Source: Candidatus Nomurabacteria bacterium (GTDB taxonomy: Bacteria; Patescibacteriota; Minisyncoccia; Phycocordibacterales; UBA9973). Taken from it: a stretch of 64,000 nucleotides of DNA. Under the pieces are notes generated by a model, which was given only the letters and a program-made list of their open reading frames with translations, was not told the DNA's origin and did not search any database. The stretch lies in NCBI GenBank assembly GCA_003155695.1, contig PMDZ01000005.1, positions 49,913 through 113,912 on the forward strand, written 5' to 3'. Below are positions 27,303 to 37,296 of the stretch, in pieces. A program made the position numbers and the translations under genes. Within the stretch, counting starts at the first letter, position 1. Each line of letters starts with the position of its first letter.

Positions 27303-28268
27303 ATGAAAAGTTATGAATATTATGAAAATCCAGATGAAGAATATCTTTCGCTCATGAAATATATTCTAAGCAATGGAATAAATAGAGATGATCGCACTGG
27401 AATAGGCACAAAAAGTGTTTTCGGACACCAGATGCGTTTTGATTTATCAAAAGGATTTCCTCTTTTAACTACAAAAAAAGTTTTTATTCGTGGTATTATC
27501 CATGAATTATTGTGGTTTTTAACTGGAGATACAAATATAAAATATTTAGTGCGTAATGATGTAAAAATATGGAATGAATGGGCTTTTCAAGTATATTTAG
27601 AAAAAAACAATTTAACAAAATCACTTGCTCGATATTCTCCAGAGTGGACTGAAAAACTGAATTGGTTTATAGAACAAATAAAAACAAGTGATGAGTTTGC
27701 AAAAGAATGGGGAGAACTTGGCCCTATTTATGGAAAGCAGTGGAGAAAATGGGAGACACCTAAAGGTCAAGCCATAGACCAGATTCAGAACGTCATTGAT
27801 ATGCTAAAAAATGATCCTTCATCTAGAAGGATAATTGTTAGCGGTTGGAATGTAGGAGAAATTTATGACTTGATACATGACCATAATCATGCTCCGCCAC
27901 CTTGTCATTCTCTTTTTCAGTTTCATGTATTAGACGGAAAACTTTCATGTCAATTATATCAACGTAGCGCCGATTTTTTCCTTGGTGTGCCATTTAATAT
28001 CGCTTCTTACGCACTTCTAACAATGATGGTCGCTCAAGTCACAGGATATAAATTGGGAGAATTTGTCTGGACTGGAGCAGATATACACTTATATTTGAAT
28101 CATCTTGAACAAGCCAAATTACAAATTTCAAGAGAGAACGATATCCGACCGTCGCCAAAAATGAAAATAAATCCTGAGGTAAAAAATATATTTAATTTCA
28201 AATATTCGGATTTTGAAGTCGTAGATTATAATCCTCTCGATGCAATCAAAGCGACTATCGCCGTATAA
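27303..28268 (+). CDS. thyA: Thymidylate synthase (ThyA, folate-dependent)
   Basis: It has [18 protein letters not shown] and PPCHSLFQF with the catalytic Cys, at the ThyA length. An AGGAG Shine-Dalgarno sequence lies 7 nt upstream. Confidence 0.9.
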   Translation: MKSYEYYENPDEEYLSLMKYILSNGINRDDRTGIGTKSVFGHQMRFDLSKGFPLLTTKKVFIRGIIHELLWFLTGDTNIKYLVRNDVKIWNEWAFQVYLEKNNLTKSLARYSPEWTEKLNWFIEQIKTSDEFAKEWGELGPIYGKQWRKWETPKGQAIDQIQNVIDMLKNDPSSRRIIVSGWNVGEIYDLIHDHNHAPPPCHSLFQFHVLDGKLSCQLYQRSADFFLGVPFNIASYALLTMMVAQVTGYKLGEFVWTGADIHLYLNHLEQAKLQISRENDIRPSPKMKINPEVKNIFNFKYSDFEVVDYNPLDAIKATIAV

Positions 28269-28272
28269 ACAT

Positions 28273-28773
28273 ATGATATTATCAATCATTTCAGCCATCG
28301 GAAAAAACAACGAAATCGGCAGGAAAAATGCCCTTCTTTGGGATTTGCCTCGCGACATGAAGCATTTCAGGGAAACAACCCGTGACCACACGGTAATAAT
28401 GGGACAGAAAACTTTTGAGTCTATCGGCCGACCTCTTCCAAATCGACGAAACATCGTAATCACCCTAAATAAAGATTTCCGAGCTGAGGGAATTGAAATC
28501 GTCTATTCACCGGAAGAACTTAATGAATTATTAAAAAAATCTGAAAACCAAAACGAAGAGGCATTCATTATAGGCGGAGGACAAATATATAAATTGTTTA
28601 TTGATAAAGCCGATAAACTTTATATTACTCACGTTGACGTGGAATTCCCCGATGCAGATACATTTTTCCCCATTATAGATATGACTAAATGGAAAAAAAC
28701 TAAAAGCGAAAAATATCTTACTGATCCATTCAATAAATACAATCTTGAATTTGCGGTATATGAAAAAAAATAA
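28273..28773 (+). CDS. folA: Dihydrofolate reductase
   Basis: It has ISAIGKNNEIGRKNALLWDLPRDMKHFRETT and VIMGQKTFESIG, and sits immediately downstream of thyA. The start is taken at MILSII. Confidence 0.8.
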   Translation: MILSIISAIGKNNEIGRKNALLWDLPRDMKHFRETTRDHTVIMGQKTFESIGRPLPNRRNIVITLNKDFRAEGIEIVYSPEELNELLKKSENQNEEAFIIGGGQIYKLFIDKADKLYITHVDVEFPDADTFFPIIDMTKWKKTKSEKYLTDPFNKYNLEFAVYEKK

Positions 28774-28787
28774 ACCCTGATCGGGGT

Positions 28788-29345
28788 TTATTTTTTATTT
28801 AATTTTTCGATTATCTTATCGATTTTTTTGTACATTTCTTCTTTCTCCCCTTCATTGACTATCGTCCAGTCAGCGCGAGCAATCGGTCCGGCTTGATGAA
28901 GATTCTCTATTTGGGCATAATCTCTCGATACAACATCCTCCTTCGATAGCGGACGAATGGGACGATTGCTCATTCTCTTTATCCGTATTTCCGGCGAAGC
29001 ATAGACGGCAAGAGTTTTAAATGAGTCCCCATACTCTTTTTTCATTTCCAAATATTCTTCCCAACTATATAAACTTTCAATTATGACACTGGAATTTTTA
29101 TATAATTCTTTTATTTTTGGCAAACTTAAAATTGCATAAGAGCCCATCCCTAATTCTTTTCGAATTCTTTCTCTTGTCATTCTTTCATTGGCTTCATTTA
29201 TTTGAAGGTTTACTCTTTTCATCTCATCGAAAGTGACATCACCAAAATAAACTCTTGGCCAATTTGTTTTTTTAAGTAAATATTCAATTACTTCCGTCTT
29301 CCCAGCTCCCGGCAAACCAACAACCGCTAAAATTATTTTAGACAT
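28788..29345 (-). CDS. P-loop nucleotide/nucleoside-monophosphate kinase-like protein; specificity unknown
   Basis: It has the Walker A motif VVGLPGAGKTEV and an NMP-kinase-like size and lid arginines. It is embedded between folA and dCMP deaminase. Confidence 0.45.
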   Translation of the reverse strand: MSKIILAVVGLPGAGKTEVIEYLLKKTNWPRVYFGDVTFDEMKRVNLQINEANERMTRERIRKELGMGSYAILSLPKIKELYKNSSVIIESLYSWEEYLEMKKEYGDSFKTLAVYASPEIRIKRMSNRPIRPLSKEDVVSRDYAQIENLHQAGPIARADWTIVNEGEKEEMYKKIDKIIEKLNKK

Positions 29346-29346
29346 A

Positions 29347-29886
29347 TTATTTTTGATCTCCGTAAGTCATCATATCATTATTTAGTAATTCGTATTTGAC
29401 TCCAGCCTCCATAAATATTTCCTTACTACGAGTTCCGGCATGATAATCTTTCTCTGCTACCACCCTCTTGATTCCGGCATTTATCAACAGTTTTGCACAG
29501 GTGTAACACGGGGTCATCATGCAATACAGGGTAGCTCCTTCAGTGCTGATACCCATCCTCGCCGCTTGAGCAATGGCATTCTCTTCATTGTGACTTGTTC
29601 TAATGCAATGTCTCGATTGTGTCCCATCTTCATAAGTAACAGTGTTCATTTCGTGCCCTATATCATCACAGCTCCTGCATCCAGCAGGAGCACCAACATA
29701 GCCGGTTGAAATTATATGTTTATCCTTAACAAGAACACATCCTGTTCGTCCCCTATCACAAGTTGCTCGAGCTCCTACGGCATGCATTATTCCAATAAAG
29801 TATTCATCCCAAGATGGACGCACATAAGATACCTCACTTGGTTTTGCAATTGGGGTAATTTTTTTTGTTTGTTTTTTCATAACCAT
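29347..29886 (-). CDS. dCMP deaminase (deoxycytidylate deaminase)
   Basis: It has the zinc motifs HNEENA and PCYTCAKLLINAGIKRV of the CMP/dCMP deaminase family, and a dCMP-deaminase-type N-terminus. Confidence 0.8.
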   Translation of the reverse strand: MVMKKQTKKITPIAKPSEVSYVRPSWDEYFIGIMHAVGARATCDRGRTGCVLVKDKHIISTGYVGAPAGCRSCDDIGHEMNTVTYEDGTQSRHCIRTSHNEENAIAQAARMGISTEGATLYCMMTPCYTCAKLLINAGIKRVVAEKDYHAGTRSKEIFMEAGVKYELLNNDMMTYGDQK

Positions 29887-29984
29887 TATTATAACTTGTT
29901 ATAAAAAAATTACCTAATAATTATAAACCCTTATAATTAAGTGTATATTTGTATTTTTCACTTTGCCATTATACTAAATTTTTA

Positions 29985-30455
29985 TTATTTAATAGGATTA
30001 TTATTTACCGGGACAGATCGTATCTGAATCGAAGTTGCATTGACACTACCATCGGAATTGGCTGTACCAACTACTATAACTTGATTACCGGTAGAAACAT
30101 CGGTTGCTGTACCACTGACAGTTTTTTCAACTGTGGTCGTCGGAGAATAGAATACAATTTTTGACCCGCTTTGTGTTTGCATCGCTCCACCATTGTTACC
30201 GCCAAGCTGGACGGTTAAACTTTTATCATCTTTAGAAATAACTTGTCCAGAGACAAAACCTCCACTGTTTGCTACTCCACGCATCATTCCATTGCCAGTT
30301 CTTGAAGTTCCATTTTGATTGAAACCATTTGGAATGTTAGCAGCAAAACTACTAGAAGAACTTTTCGAATTAGCATATTTCATTCCCCCCAAAAAACTAA
30401 GACCTGCGATAACTAAAACGATAACTATAGCTCCAATAATTTTTTGATTTTTCAT
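29985..30455 (-). CDS. Small secreted Gly/Ser/Thr-rich protein; function unknown
   Basis: It has a signal peptide or TM (IIGAIVIVLVIAGLSFLGG) followed by low-complexity, beta-rich sequence. It is adjacent to the ABC exporter. Confidence 0.3.
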   Translation of the reverse strand: MKNQKIIGAIVIVLVIAGLSFLGGMKYANSKSSSSSFAANIPNGFNQNGTSRTGNGMMRGVANSGGFVSGQVISKDDKSLTVQLGGNNGGAMQTQSGSKIVFYSPTTTVEKTVSGTATDVSTGNQVIVVGTANSDGSVNATSIQIRSVPVNNNPIK

Positions 30456-30488
30456 ATAATTTTAAATACTTTTATTAACTAATAATTT

Positions 30489-31706
30489 TTACTCATACCT
30501 TAACGCCTCGATCGGGTTAAGTTTTGATGCACGCTGGGCAGGATAATATCCAAAAACAATTCCAATGAGAGCTGACACTCCAAATGCCAAAAATACGGAT
30601 GACAAAGACACCTGTGCTTGTAATATTCCTAGAACCGTCACTCCTAAGGATATTCCCCATCCCAGCAGTACACCAATTACTCCACCAATGAAAGTTAACA
30701 CAACAGCTTCAATCAAAAACTGACGATTGATATCTCTGCGTTTAGCACCGATTGCTTTACGTAAACCAATTTCACGAGTTCGCTCTGTAACAGTGGTCAA
30801 CATCATATTCATAATCCCTATACCTCCAACAACAAGTGAAATCCCAGCCACTGCAGCAAGCAGTGTTGTAAAAGTTCCCGTTACCGAAGAAGCAGTAGAA
30901 ATAATATCCGCTTGGTTCATTGTAGAAAAATCTGCTGATGCTCCGTCTAAATTGTGTCTAGTTAAAAGGGTAGAAGTTATATCGGCTTGAACCGTAGCTG
31001 TAGCCTCCGCACTTACTGCTGATACACTAATTGAAGTCACATATTGATCACCTGAGAAGTAACGCTGTGCAGTCGTCAATGGGATATAAATCATATCATC
31101 AGGATTTTGAAAACCTGAACCGCCCTTAGTTTTTGTTAAACCGATTATTTTAAATTGTATCCCTTTTATTCTGATTATCTGCCCGATTACATCGGCTCCT
31201 TCTCCAAAAAGGTCAGCCTGAACTGTCGGACCGATGACAGCAACTTTTGCTCCACTTGAATTCTGTTGATCTGAAATAAAATCCCCTTGGTCTATTTGCA
31301 AATTTCGAACCGTTGGATAACTTGAAGTAACTCCATCAATTGTTGTGTTTGTATTTGTTCCTTTTGCAGTTACTTGATAACGGCCAGATACTTCTGGAGC
31401 AACAGCTTCAACAGAATTAAGCGAGGTAAGAGCATTGGCGTCTTCTATCGTTAGAGTTTTTGCTGAACCACGTCCTTGGTTTACTTGCTGTCCTACGCCT
31501 CGTGGAGCTCCCGGCGAAACAACTATCAAATTTGCTCCAATTGATTGAATTGAAGAGGAAATAGAATTTTGAGCACCAGTCCCAATAGCAGTCATAGCGA
31601 TGACAGATGCAATACCGATAACAATTCCGAGCATAGTTAAACCAGAGCGAACTTTATTCCCTCTCAATGCCATAAATGTTTCTTGTAATATATCTTTTGT
31701 TTTCAT
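30489..31706 (-). CDS. ABC transporter permease, FtsX/MacB-like
   Basis: It has an N-terminal TM, a large extracytoplasmic domain and three C-terminal TMs with a FtsX-like core. The start is taken at MKTKDIL. Confidence 0.75.
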   Translation of the reverse strand: MKTKDILQETFMALRGNKVRSGLTMLGIVIGIASVIAMTAIGTGAQNSISSSIQSIGANLIVVSPGAPRGVGQQVNQGRGSAKTLTIEDANALTSLNSVEAVAPEVSGRYQVTAKGTNTNTTIDGVTSSYPTVRNLQIDQGDFISDQQNSSGAKVAVIGPTVQADLFGEGADVIGQIIRIKGIQFKIIGLTKTKGGSGFQNPDDMIYIPLTTAQRYFSGDQYVTSISVSAVSAEATATVQADITSTLLTRHNLDGASADFSTMNQADIISTASSVTGTFTTLLAAVAGISLVVGGIGIMNMMLTTVTERTREIGLRKAIGAKRRDINRQFLIEAVVLTFIGGVIGVLLGWGISLGVTVLGILQAQVSLSSVFLAFGVSALIGIVFGYYPAQRASKLNPIEALRYE

Positions 31707-31707
31707 T

Positions 31708-32415
31708 TTAAATATTTTTAATGACCTTTTTAGCGTGCAAATTATTGTCACTAATTATAAGACCATCTCGGATAGTAATAATTCTGTCAGCATGCTCGGC
31801 AACATCTGGCTCGTGAGTAATTAAAATAATTGTTCTCCCCTGCTCTTTGTTTAATTTTTGAAACGTACCAAGCACAATTTCTCCTGTCTTTGTATCAAGG
31901 TTCCCAGTCGGCTCATCAGCAAGGATTAGTGTTGGGTTATTAACCAGAGCGCGAGCAATCGCTACGCGCTGAATTTGTCCGCCGGAGAGTTGATTGGAAA
32001 GATGCGCAAAGTGAGCTTCATCCAGTCCACTCGCAAATAAAGATGCTCTGGCACGTTTCTCTCTTTCTTCTTCTCTCACTCCATCGTAAATCAGAGGCAA
32101 CATTACATTACGAAGAACTGTTGTACGCGGAAGTAAATTGAAGGATTGGAAAACGAAACCAACTTTATCCTTACGAATATCGGCAAGTTCGTCGTCGGAA
32201 AGAGTTGAAACATCTTTACCATCAAGATAATAAGTTCCGGAAGTTGGATTGTCCAATGCTCCTAATATATGCATCAGAGTTGATTTACCTGAACCGGATG
32301 GACCCATAATCGCCACAAATTCTCCATCATTTATTTTGAAACTAACGCCATTAAGAGCATTAAACGGCTCATCACCTGTCTGGTATGTTTTTATAATATT
32401 TTTTATTTCTATCAT
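31708..32415 (-). CDS. ABC transporter ATP-binding protein, MacB/LolD type
   Basis: It has Walker [11 protein letters not shown], the signature [15 protein letters not shown] and Walker [12 protein letters not shown]. Confidence 0.85.
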   Translation of the reverse strand: MIEIKNIIKTYQTGDEPFNALNGVSFKINDGEFVAIMGPSGSGKSTLMHILGALDNPTSGTYYLDGKDVSTLSDDELADIRKDKVGFVFQSFNLLPRTTVLRNVMLPLIYDGVREEEREKRARASLFASGLDEAHFAHLSNQLSGGQIQRVAIARALVNNPTLILADEPTGNLDTKTGEIVLGTFQKLNKEQGRTIILITHEPDVAEHADRIITIRDGLIISDNNLHAKKVIKNI

Positions 32416-32418
32416 AAA

Positions 32419-34062
32419 TTAATCTATAGGTCTAAATGCCGCTCCACCACCGCCGCCTCTATTTCCACCACCACTGACAGCACCTAGAATACTAGGGGCT
32501 GAGGATTTCTTAGTCGTCGTTGTTGTTGCATTAGTAATAGTTTTAGTAACAATAATATCTCCTTCTTTTAACCCTGAAGTAATTTCGGTATCAGTATCTC
32601 CGACTAACCCAGTTGTAACTTCTGTTTGTGTTGGGGGTATAACCGAAGGAGAACCCTGTGCCCCAATAAGAGTTGGTGCAAGTGGAGTACTGAATGTCTC
32701 TACATAACTTGTCCCATTTTGAGTTTTAACCGCACTACTTGGTATAACAATGACATCTTGAGCACTATCTGTGATAACTGTCACCGAAACACTCATTCCT
32801 GGTTTAACCCTGTCATCTCCCACATCTAAACTAATTTTGACATTGTATGACACTACTCCTTGAGATACCGTTCCAACAGAATCAATTTCTGAGACAACAC
32901 CAGTGACAGAAAGACTATCTATAGCATCAAAGGTAAGAGTTGCTTTTTGTCCAAGTTTAATCTTAGCTATATCAACTTCATTAAGCGATATAGTAGCTAG
33001 TTGTTGTTTTGTGATAATAGTTCCAATACTTGACCCCGATGATTGACCAACTTGAGCAGTTAAGGTCGCAATCACACCATCAAATGGAGCATAAACAAAA
33101 CAACCATCGTAAGCGTCCTGTTTTGACTGTTCAGATAGTTGTGCAGCTTGAATATCTTGTGAAGTAACACTTGTCGCTGTATCTTCTAGAGACTGAGTAT
33201 CTTCTTTTATGTTATTTATTGCTGACGATAAACTATTTACATAACTGTTCGCACTGGAGAGCCATGAAGAAATATTTGTTCTGGTTGTAGAAGTGTTTGT
33301 ATCACTTGTCGCTATATCTAAATCAGCAACCACAGTATTAAAAGCAGTTTGAGTATCCTTTATTGCAGCCGATATTAGTAAAGAAGACTGATAACTTTGA
33401 TTCATTAAATTACTAATATCATTTTGGGAACTTGATCTGGATAAAGTTTTAAATAACTTAGTTAAATTATCTATACTGTCTTTTGCTTTATAATAACTAT
33501 CCTCTCCAGTAGAAACTTTTTCTCTACTAGAATTTGATGTTTTGGCAATATTTTGATAGCCAAGATATCCACTACCATTGTAAAGGCTCTCTAGGTTATT
33601 ATCCATAACTATCATGTCAGAGAGAAATGTTGAGACAGTATTCCATCCACTATCATAGGCATCCGCTAACCCGTTTTGTTTTTGAAGTAAAGTCAAAGTA
33701 TCTGGACCTTTGGTTAAATTATCAAGACTAATTTGAGCATTAATAAGTGCCATTTTAGCATCACTAGAATCAACACTGGCGATAAGTTTTCCCTTTTTTA
33801 CACTATCTCCAACGGAAACTCCAACATAATTTATAACCCCAGAAGTTTTAGGACTAAGAGTTATTGTATTAGATGCTTCTATTTGACCGGTCCCAGTGAC
33901 ATTGGTTGTAATACTGCCTTTCTGTACAGTTTCTGTAACATATTGGGTTTCTCCGCTAGTTTTACCTTTAAAAAAGACAAAATAGACACCTAGTACAATA
34001 ATAATTAAGGTAATTCCCGAAATGATTTTGTGCGACGATATAAATGTTTTTGTTTTTTGCAT
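32419..34062 (-). CDS. Membrane-fusion/HlyD-family periplasmic adaptor with a long coiled-coil and a Gly-rich C-terminal tail
   Basis: It has an N-terminal TM, biotinyl/lipoyl-like hairpin segments, a long Ser/Thr/Asn/Gln-rich coiled-coil region and a beta-barrel region. It ends in a GGGNRGGGGGAAF tail and lies in an operon with the ABC ATPase and permease. Confidence 0.6.
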   Translation of the reverse strand: MQKTKTFISSHKIISGITLIIIVLGVYFVFFKGKTSGETQYVTETVQKGSITTNVTGTGQIEASNTITLSPKTSGVINYVGVSVGDSVKKGKLIASVDSSDAKMALINAQISLDNLTKGPDTLTLLQKQNGLADAYDSGWNTVSTFLSDMIVMDNNLESLYNGSGYLGYQNIAKTSNSSREKVSTGEDSYYKAKDSIDNLTKLFKTLSRSSSQNDISNLMNQSYQSSLLISAAIKDTQTAFNTVVADLDIATSDTNTSTTRTNISSWLSSANSYVNSLSSAINNIKEDTQSLEDTATSVTSQDIQAAQLSEQSKQDAYDGCFVYAPFDGVIATLTAQVGQSSGSSIGTIITKQQLATISLNEVDIAKIKLGQKATLTFDAIDSLSVTGVVSEIDSVGTVSQGVVSYNVKISLDVGDDRVKPGMSVSVTVITDSAQDVIVIPSSAVKTQNGTSYVETFSTPLAPTLIGAQGSPSVIPPTQTEVTTGLVGDTDTEITSGLKEGDIIVTKTITNATTTTTKKSSAPSILGAVSGGGNRGGGGGAAFRPID

Positions 34063-34077
34063 GATAATTTTAATTAA

Positions 34078-34575
34078 TTAATTTGTTTTAATTGGTTCCG
34101 GAAGTGGAGCCGGTAATAATCTTATCAACATAGCTTCAATTTGACCGGAGGAATCAGGAGACCCGATAACGACTATATGGTCATCTAATTTTAATTCATT
34201 CGTAGTTACGACATCTCTTGCCATACGGATTTCAGTCTTGTCGTTTATTATAATAACTTTTTCAGTTTTGTCTTTTTCGTCCGAAACTATAATTGTTGGC
34301 AATTCTATCTTAATAATTTTACCAATGGCTCCATGAGCATTCGGTAAATTACTAAAATCGCCACCCATCATCTGCGGACCCCTATTCGGCAAACCGAAAT
34401 TCATGGCATAATTATCTCCCCAGTCACGGCCAAACGTCGCTTTTCTGAACCCGGCAAACATCCCCATTTGAAAAATAAGAAAAGCAACTGCCAAACCCCC
34501 AAATATATAAATAATTACTCGGAAACTTTTGGATTCCAAAACTTTTTTAATATCATTTTTTAATTCATCTTTCAT
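34078..34575 (-). CDS. Hypothetical membrane-anchored protein
   Basis: A 165-aa protein with an N-terminal TM and no recognisable motifs. Confidence 0.3.
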   Translation of the reverse strand: MKDELKNDIKKVLESKSFRVIIYIFGGLAVAFLIFQMGMFAGFRKATFGRDWGDNYAMNFGLPNRGPQMMGGDFSNLPNAHGAIGKIIKIELPTIIVSDEKDKTEKVIIINDKTEIRMARDVVTTNELKLDDHIVVIGSPDSSGQIEAMLIRLLPAPLPEPIKTN

Positions 34576-34682
34576 ATATTTAGGTTCAAAGCAAATCTTT
34601 TCAAGAAAAAATGTCTGGCTCCTCGTCCTCCCTCATCCGAGGACTTTTTTATTGATAAGATTTGCGTAGAACTATTATAACT

Positions 34683-35081
34683 TTATATTATTGATAATTT
34701 ACTTTTAAATTGACGGGATGCTCGCCTGATTGAAATAAACAGGATAAATAACAAAAAGAGCGAGACAACCAGACTGGCAATCGGTAATGAATCGGCAAGC
34801 GAAAGAACGTATTCTTTCCAGTATAAAGCGATGACACCACTATCCGAAAACGCCAATGATAGATACTTAAAGAATCCTAGCCTGGTGGCTTGTTCGATAA
34901 GAATCTTGATAGATAAAACACTTCCAGATAGTGACAACACGCTTAGGCTCAGATAGCCAAATCTTTTCCATTTGGTTATGTGAGAACTTTTATATTCAAT
35001 TAGGCTAAAGACATCCCCGGAAAGTCGACCTCCCGGAAGGTACATTGCGTTTTTGAATACTTTTTGCAAATTCTGTTCCAC
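34683..35081 (-). CDS. Small membrane protein, candidate anti-sigma factor
   Basis: It sits immediately downstream of an ECF sigma gene and has two hydrophobic segments. The assignment is positional only. Confidence 0.3.
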   Translation of the reverse strand: MEQNLQKVFKNAMYLPGGRLSGDVFSLIEYKSSHITKWKRFGYLSLSVLSLSGSVLSIKILIEQATRLGFFKYLSLAFSDSGVIALYWKEYVLSLADSLPIASLVVSLFLLFILFISIRRASRQFKSKLSII

Positions 35082-35100
35082 GATTATATATACGAATCAA

Positions 35101-35658
35101 TTACAGTTTTGGTGCAATCATTTCTTTCAGTTTTTTCAGCGCTCGATGATGGTAGCTTTTGACTGTATTTAGAGGCTTGTTAAGCAGTTGCCCTATTTCA
35201 TTGAAAGTCATATCTTCCTGATAATAAAGAACAAGAACTTCCTTATAATGAGCAGGCAGTTTATTAAGAAGATTATTCAATAATTCTTTGTCCTCAAGTT
35301 TTATCAAAGCCTCATCGGGCAAAATAACATCATCTTCAATACTATCGGTGAAAGGTTCTTCATCACTATCAAGCGAAGAGAAAGTTACACTTTTTTTCTT
35401 TCTTAAATAATCGATAACGGTATTGCGAGTAATTGTCAAAATCCAGGTTTTAAAGCTGGCACGATTAATATCAAACTTCTTTATATTTTTCCAAACTTTT
35501 ACAAAGACATCTTGAACGATATCCTTACCATAATCAAGACCGACGAATCGCACCGAGAAATTATATACGGAGGGAGCATATCTGTCTATCAACAACCTAA
35601 AAGCATCTTGATTTCCACCAAGATGTTCTTTTATCAGATACTCGTCGTTATTTTCCAT
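35101..35658 (-). CDS. ECF-type RNA polymerase sigma factor (sigma-70 regions 2 and 4)
   Basis: It has region 2 (DIVQDVFVKVWKNIKKFD...FKTWILTITRNTVIDYLRK) and region 4 (EVLVLYYQEDMTFNEIGQLLNKPLNTVKSYHHRALKKLK). Confidence 0.8.
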   Translation of the reverse strand: MENNDEYLIKEHLGGNQDAFRLLIDRYAPSVYNFSVRFVGLDYGKDIVQDVFVKVWKNIKKFDINRASFKTWILTITRNTVIDYLRKKKSVTFSSLDSDEEPFTDSIEDDVILPDEALIKLEDKELLNNLLNKLPAHYKEVLVLYYQEDMTFNEIGQLLNKPLNTVKSYHHRALKKLKEMIAPKL

Positions 35659-35697
35659 CCCTCTAATATACTACTAATTTAGATTTTAGAGAATAAA

Positions 35698-36309
35698 CTA
35701 TTTTTTATTGTATTTCGGATGACTTTCGGGAATAGAATGAATATAATTTGCATACCGTGACATAGCAAAAAGAACACTTGAAAGTCTGTTGAGGTACGAA
35801 ATGGTAGCTCCGCTTATAATTCTACTTCCCTCGTCGCTGGCCGATATCACGCGTCGTTCGGTTTTACGAGCGAGCGTTCGAGCAAAATCAAGCCCAGAGC
35901 TTAGAATACTTCCACCGGAAATAGTGAAAGATGTAATCGGTGGCAAGATTTTTCCTATTTGATTTATAATATTTTCTATCTTTATTAATTCTTTTTTACT
36001 TACATATATTACCGAACCACCGAGTTCTGCTTGAATAATAAAAAGATTTTGCTGGATTTCCTCGATAATATCTCCATATAAAATTTTCTTGTTTCCAGTT
36101 TTTAGTATTATTTTATCAATACCGGAATAAACCTTTATTATACCGAGATATGCATTAAGTTCATCTACCGACCCAAGAGCTTCGACAAGGATGGAACTCT
36201 TGGAAATCCGCCCTTGTTTGCAATCGAACAAAGTCGTCGTCCCATTGTCTCCAAAACCGGTATATAGGATATTTTTCTTCTTTTTTGTATTTTTTTTGGC
36301 TCTCTTCAT
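35698..36309 (-). CDS. PduO-type ATP:cob(I)alamin adenosyltransferase family protein
   Basis: It has the N-terminal YTGFGDNGTTTL motif (family signature TRxGDxGxT) and the helical-bundle size. Confidence 0.65.
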   Translation of the reverse strand: MKRAKKNTKKKKNILYTGFGDNGTTTLFDCKQGRISKSSILVEALGSVDELNAYLGIIKVYSGIDKIILKTGNKKILYGDIIEEIQQNLFIIQAELGGSVIYVSKKELIKIENIINQIGKILPPITSFTISGGSILSSGLDFARTLARKTERRVISASDEGSRIISGATISYLNRLSSVLFAMSRYANYIHSIPESHPKYNKK

Positions 36310-36353
36310 AATTCAAAGTATAACACTATTTTATTTGAGATATAAAATTACAA

Positions 36354-37292
36354 CTAAAAGAATATATATTTATTTATCGCGCTTCGGTAAACTCGGTAAG
36401 GTTTCGGACCGACAAAAGCTTTGCCGTTTATAAATATTGTCGGCGTGCCATAAAGGCCGGTTTTATCAAGTTCTTTTACTTGGTTATCAAATGCATTTTT
36501 TGTCTCGGGACTATTTGCACATTCATCAACTATCTTAACATCAAAATTAAAACTGGAAAGAATACTATCTAAATTTGTTTTATCTAAAATGTAATTCTTG
36601 TCAGCTTCAAATAGATAAGTGTTGAAATCCCAATACTTATCGGGATACATTTTATTTACACAGTATCCTGCTTCTCCTAAAAATGTTGTATCACCTTTTG
36701 CCGGATAATGGGCAAAAGTAAGTGTTGCATTTTTATTTTTAACTAGTTTTAAGATATCCGGATAGGCTTTCCTACTATAATCACAAGCATAGCATCCAAT
36801 GAAAACTACCTTATCTTTGCCGGTTACATTTTCGGTTGGAAAACCGGAAAGATCCACTCCTTTAAGGGTTACTGTTGCTTCTGTTTTTGGAGTAATACCA
36901 CAAGCCGTACTGTCACCAACTGCAGTTACTTTATTATTTGAACCACTTGGATCAAATGCACAAAATCCGCTTTGATTTAAACCATTACAACTTCCGTAAA
37001 CATAAAAATTAAATCCTCCGCGAATGACCCAAATAGTACTCCCCACCATTAAAATAAAAAATATCCAAGAAAATACTTCGTAATATTTATTGAGAACTTT
37101 GGCCAAAAATGTCGAGCGTTTCAAAACTTTTGCCAGAAGTTTTCCTTTAACTTTCTCGGCAAAGCTGGTATTGCATGGTCGGAATGTAATACGCCTAAAA
37201 ACACAACCAAAAGCCTCTTTGGCCAGTGCTCTCTGTGTTGCGCTGAATATTCCCATTATTCCAAATACAATTAAGGCAACTAGGCAAGGCAT
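36354..37292 (-). CDS. DsbA-like thioredoxin-fold protein with an N-terminal membrane/Cys-containing region
   Basis: The C-terminal domain has a CxxC motif (GCYACDYS) in a DsbA/thioredoxin context. The N-terminus has a signal anchor, a second TM and extra Cys pairs. Confidence 0.5.
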   Translation of the reverse strand: MPCLVALIVFGIMGIFSATQRALAKEAFGCVFRRITFRPCNTSFAEKVKGKLLAKVLKRSTFLAKVLNKYYEVFSWIFFILMVGSTIWVIRGGFNFYVYGSCNGLNQSGFCAFDPSGSNNKVTAVGDSTACGITPKTEATVTLKGVDLSGFPTENVTGKDKVVFIGCYACDYSRKAYPDILKLVKNKNATLTFAHYPAKGDTTFLGEAGYCVNKMYPDKYWDFNTYLFEADKNYILDKTNLDSILSSFNFDVKIVDECANSPETKNAFDNQVKELDKTGLYGTPTIFINGKAFVGPKPYRVYRSAINKYIFF

Positions 37293-37296
37293 AAAT

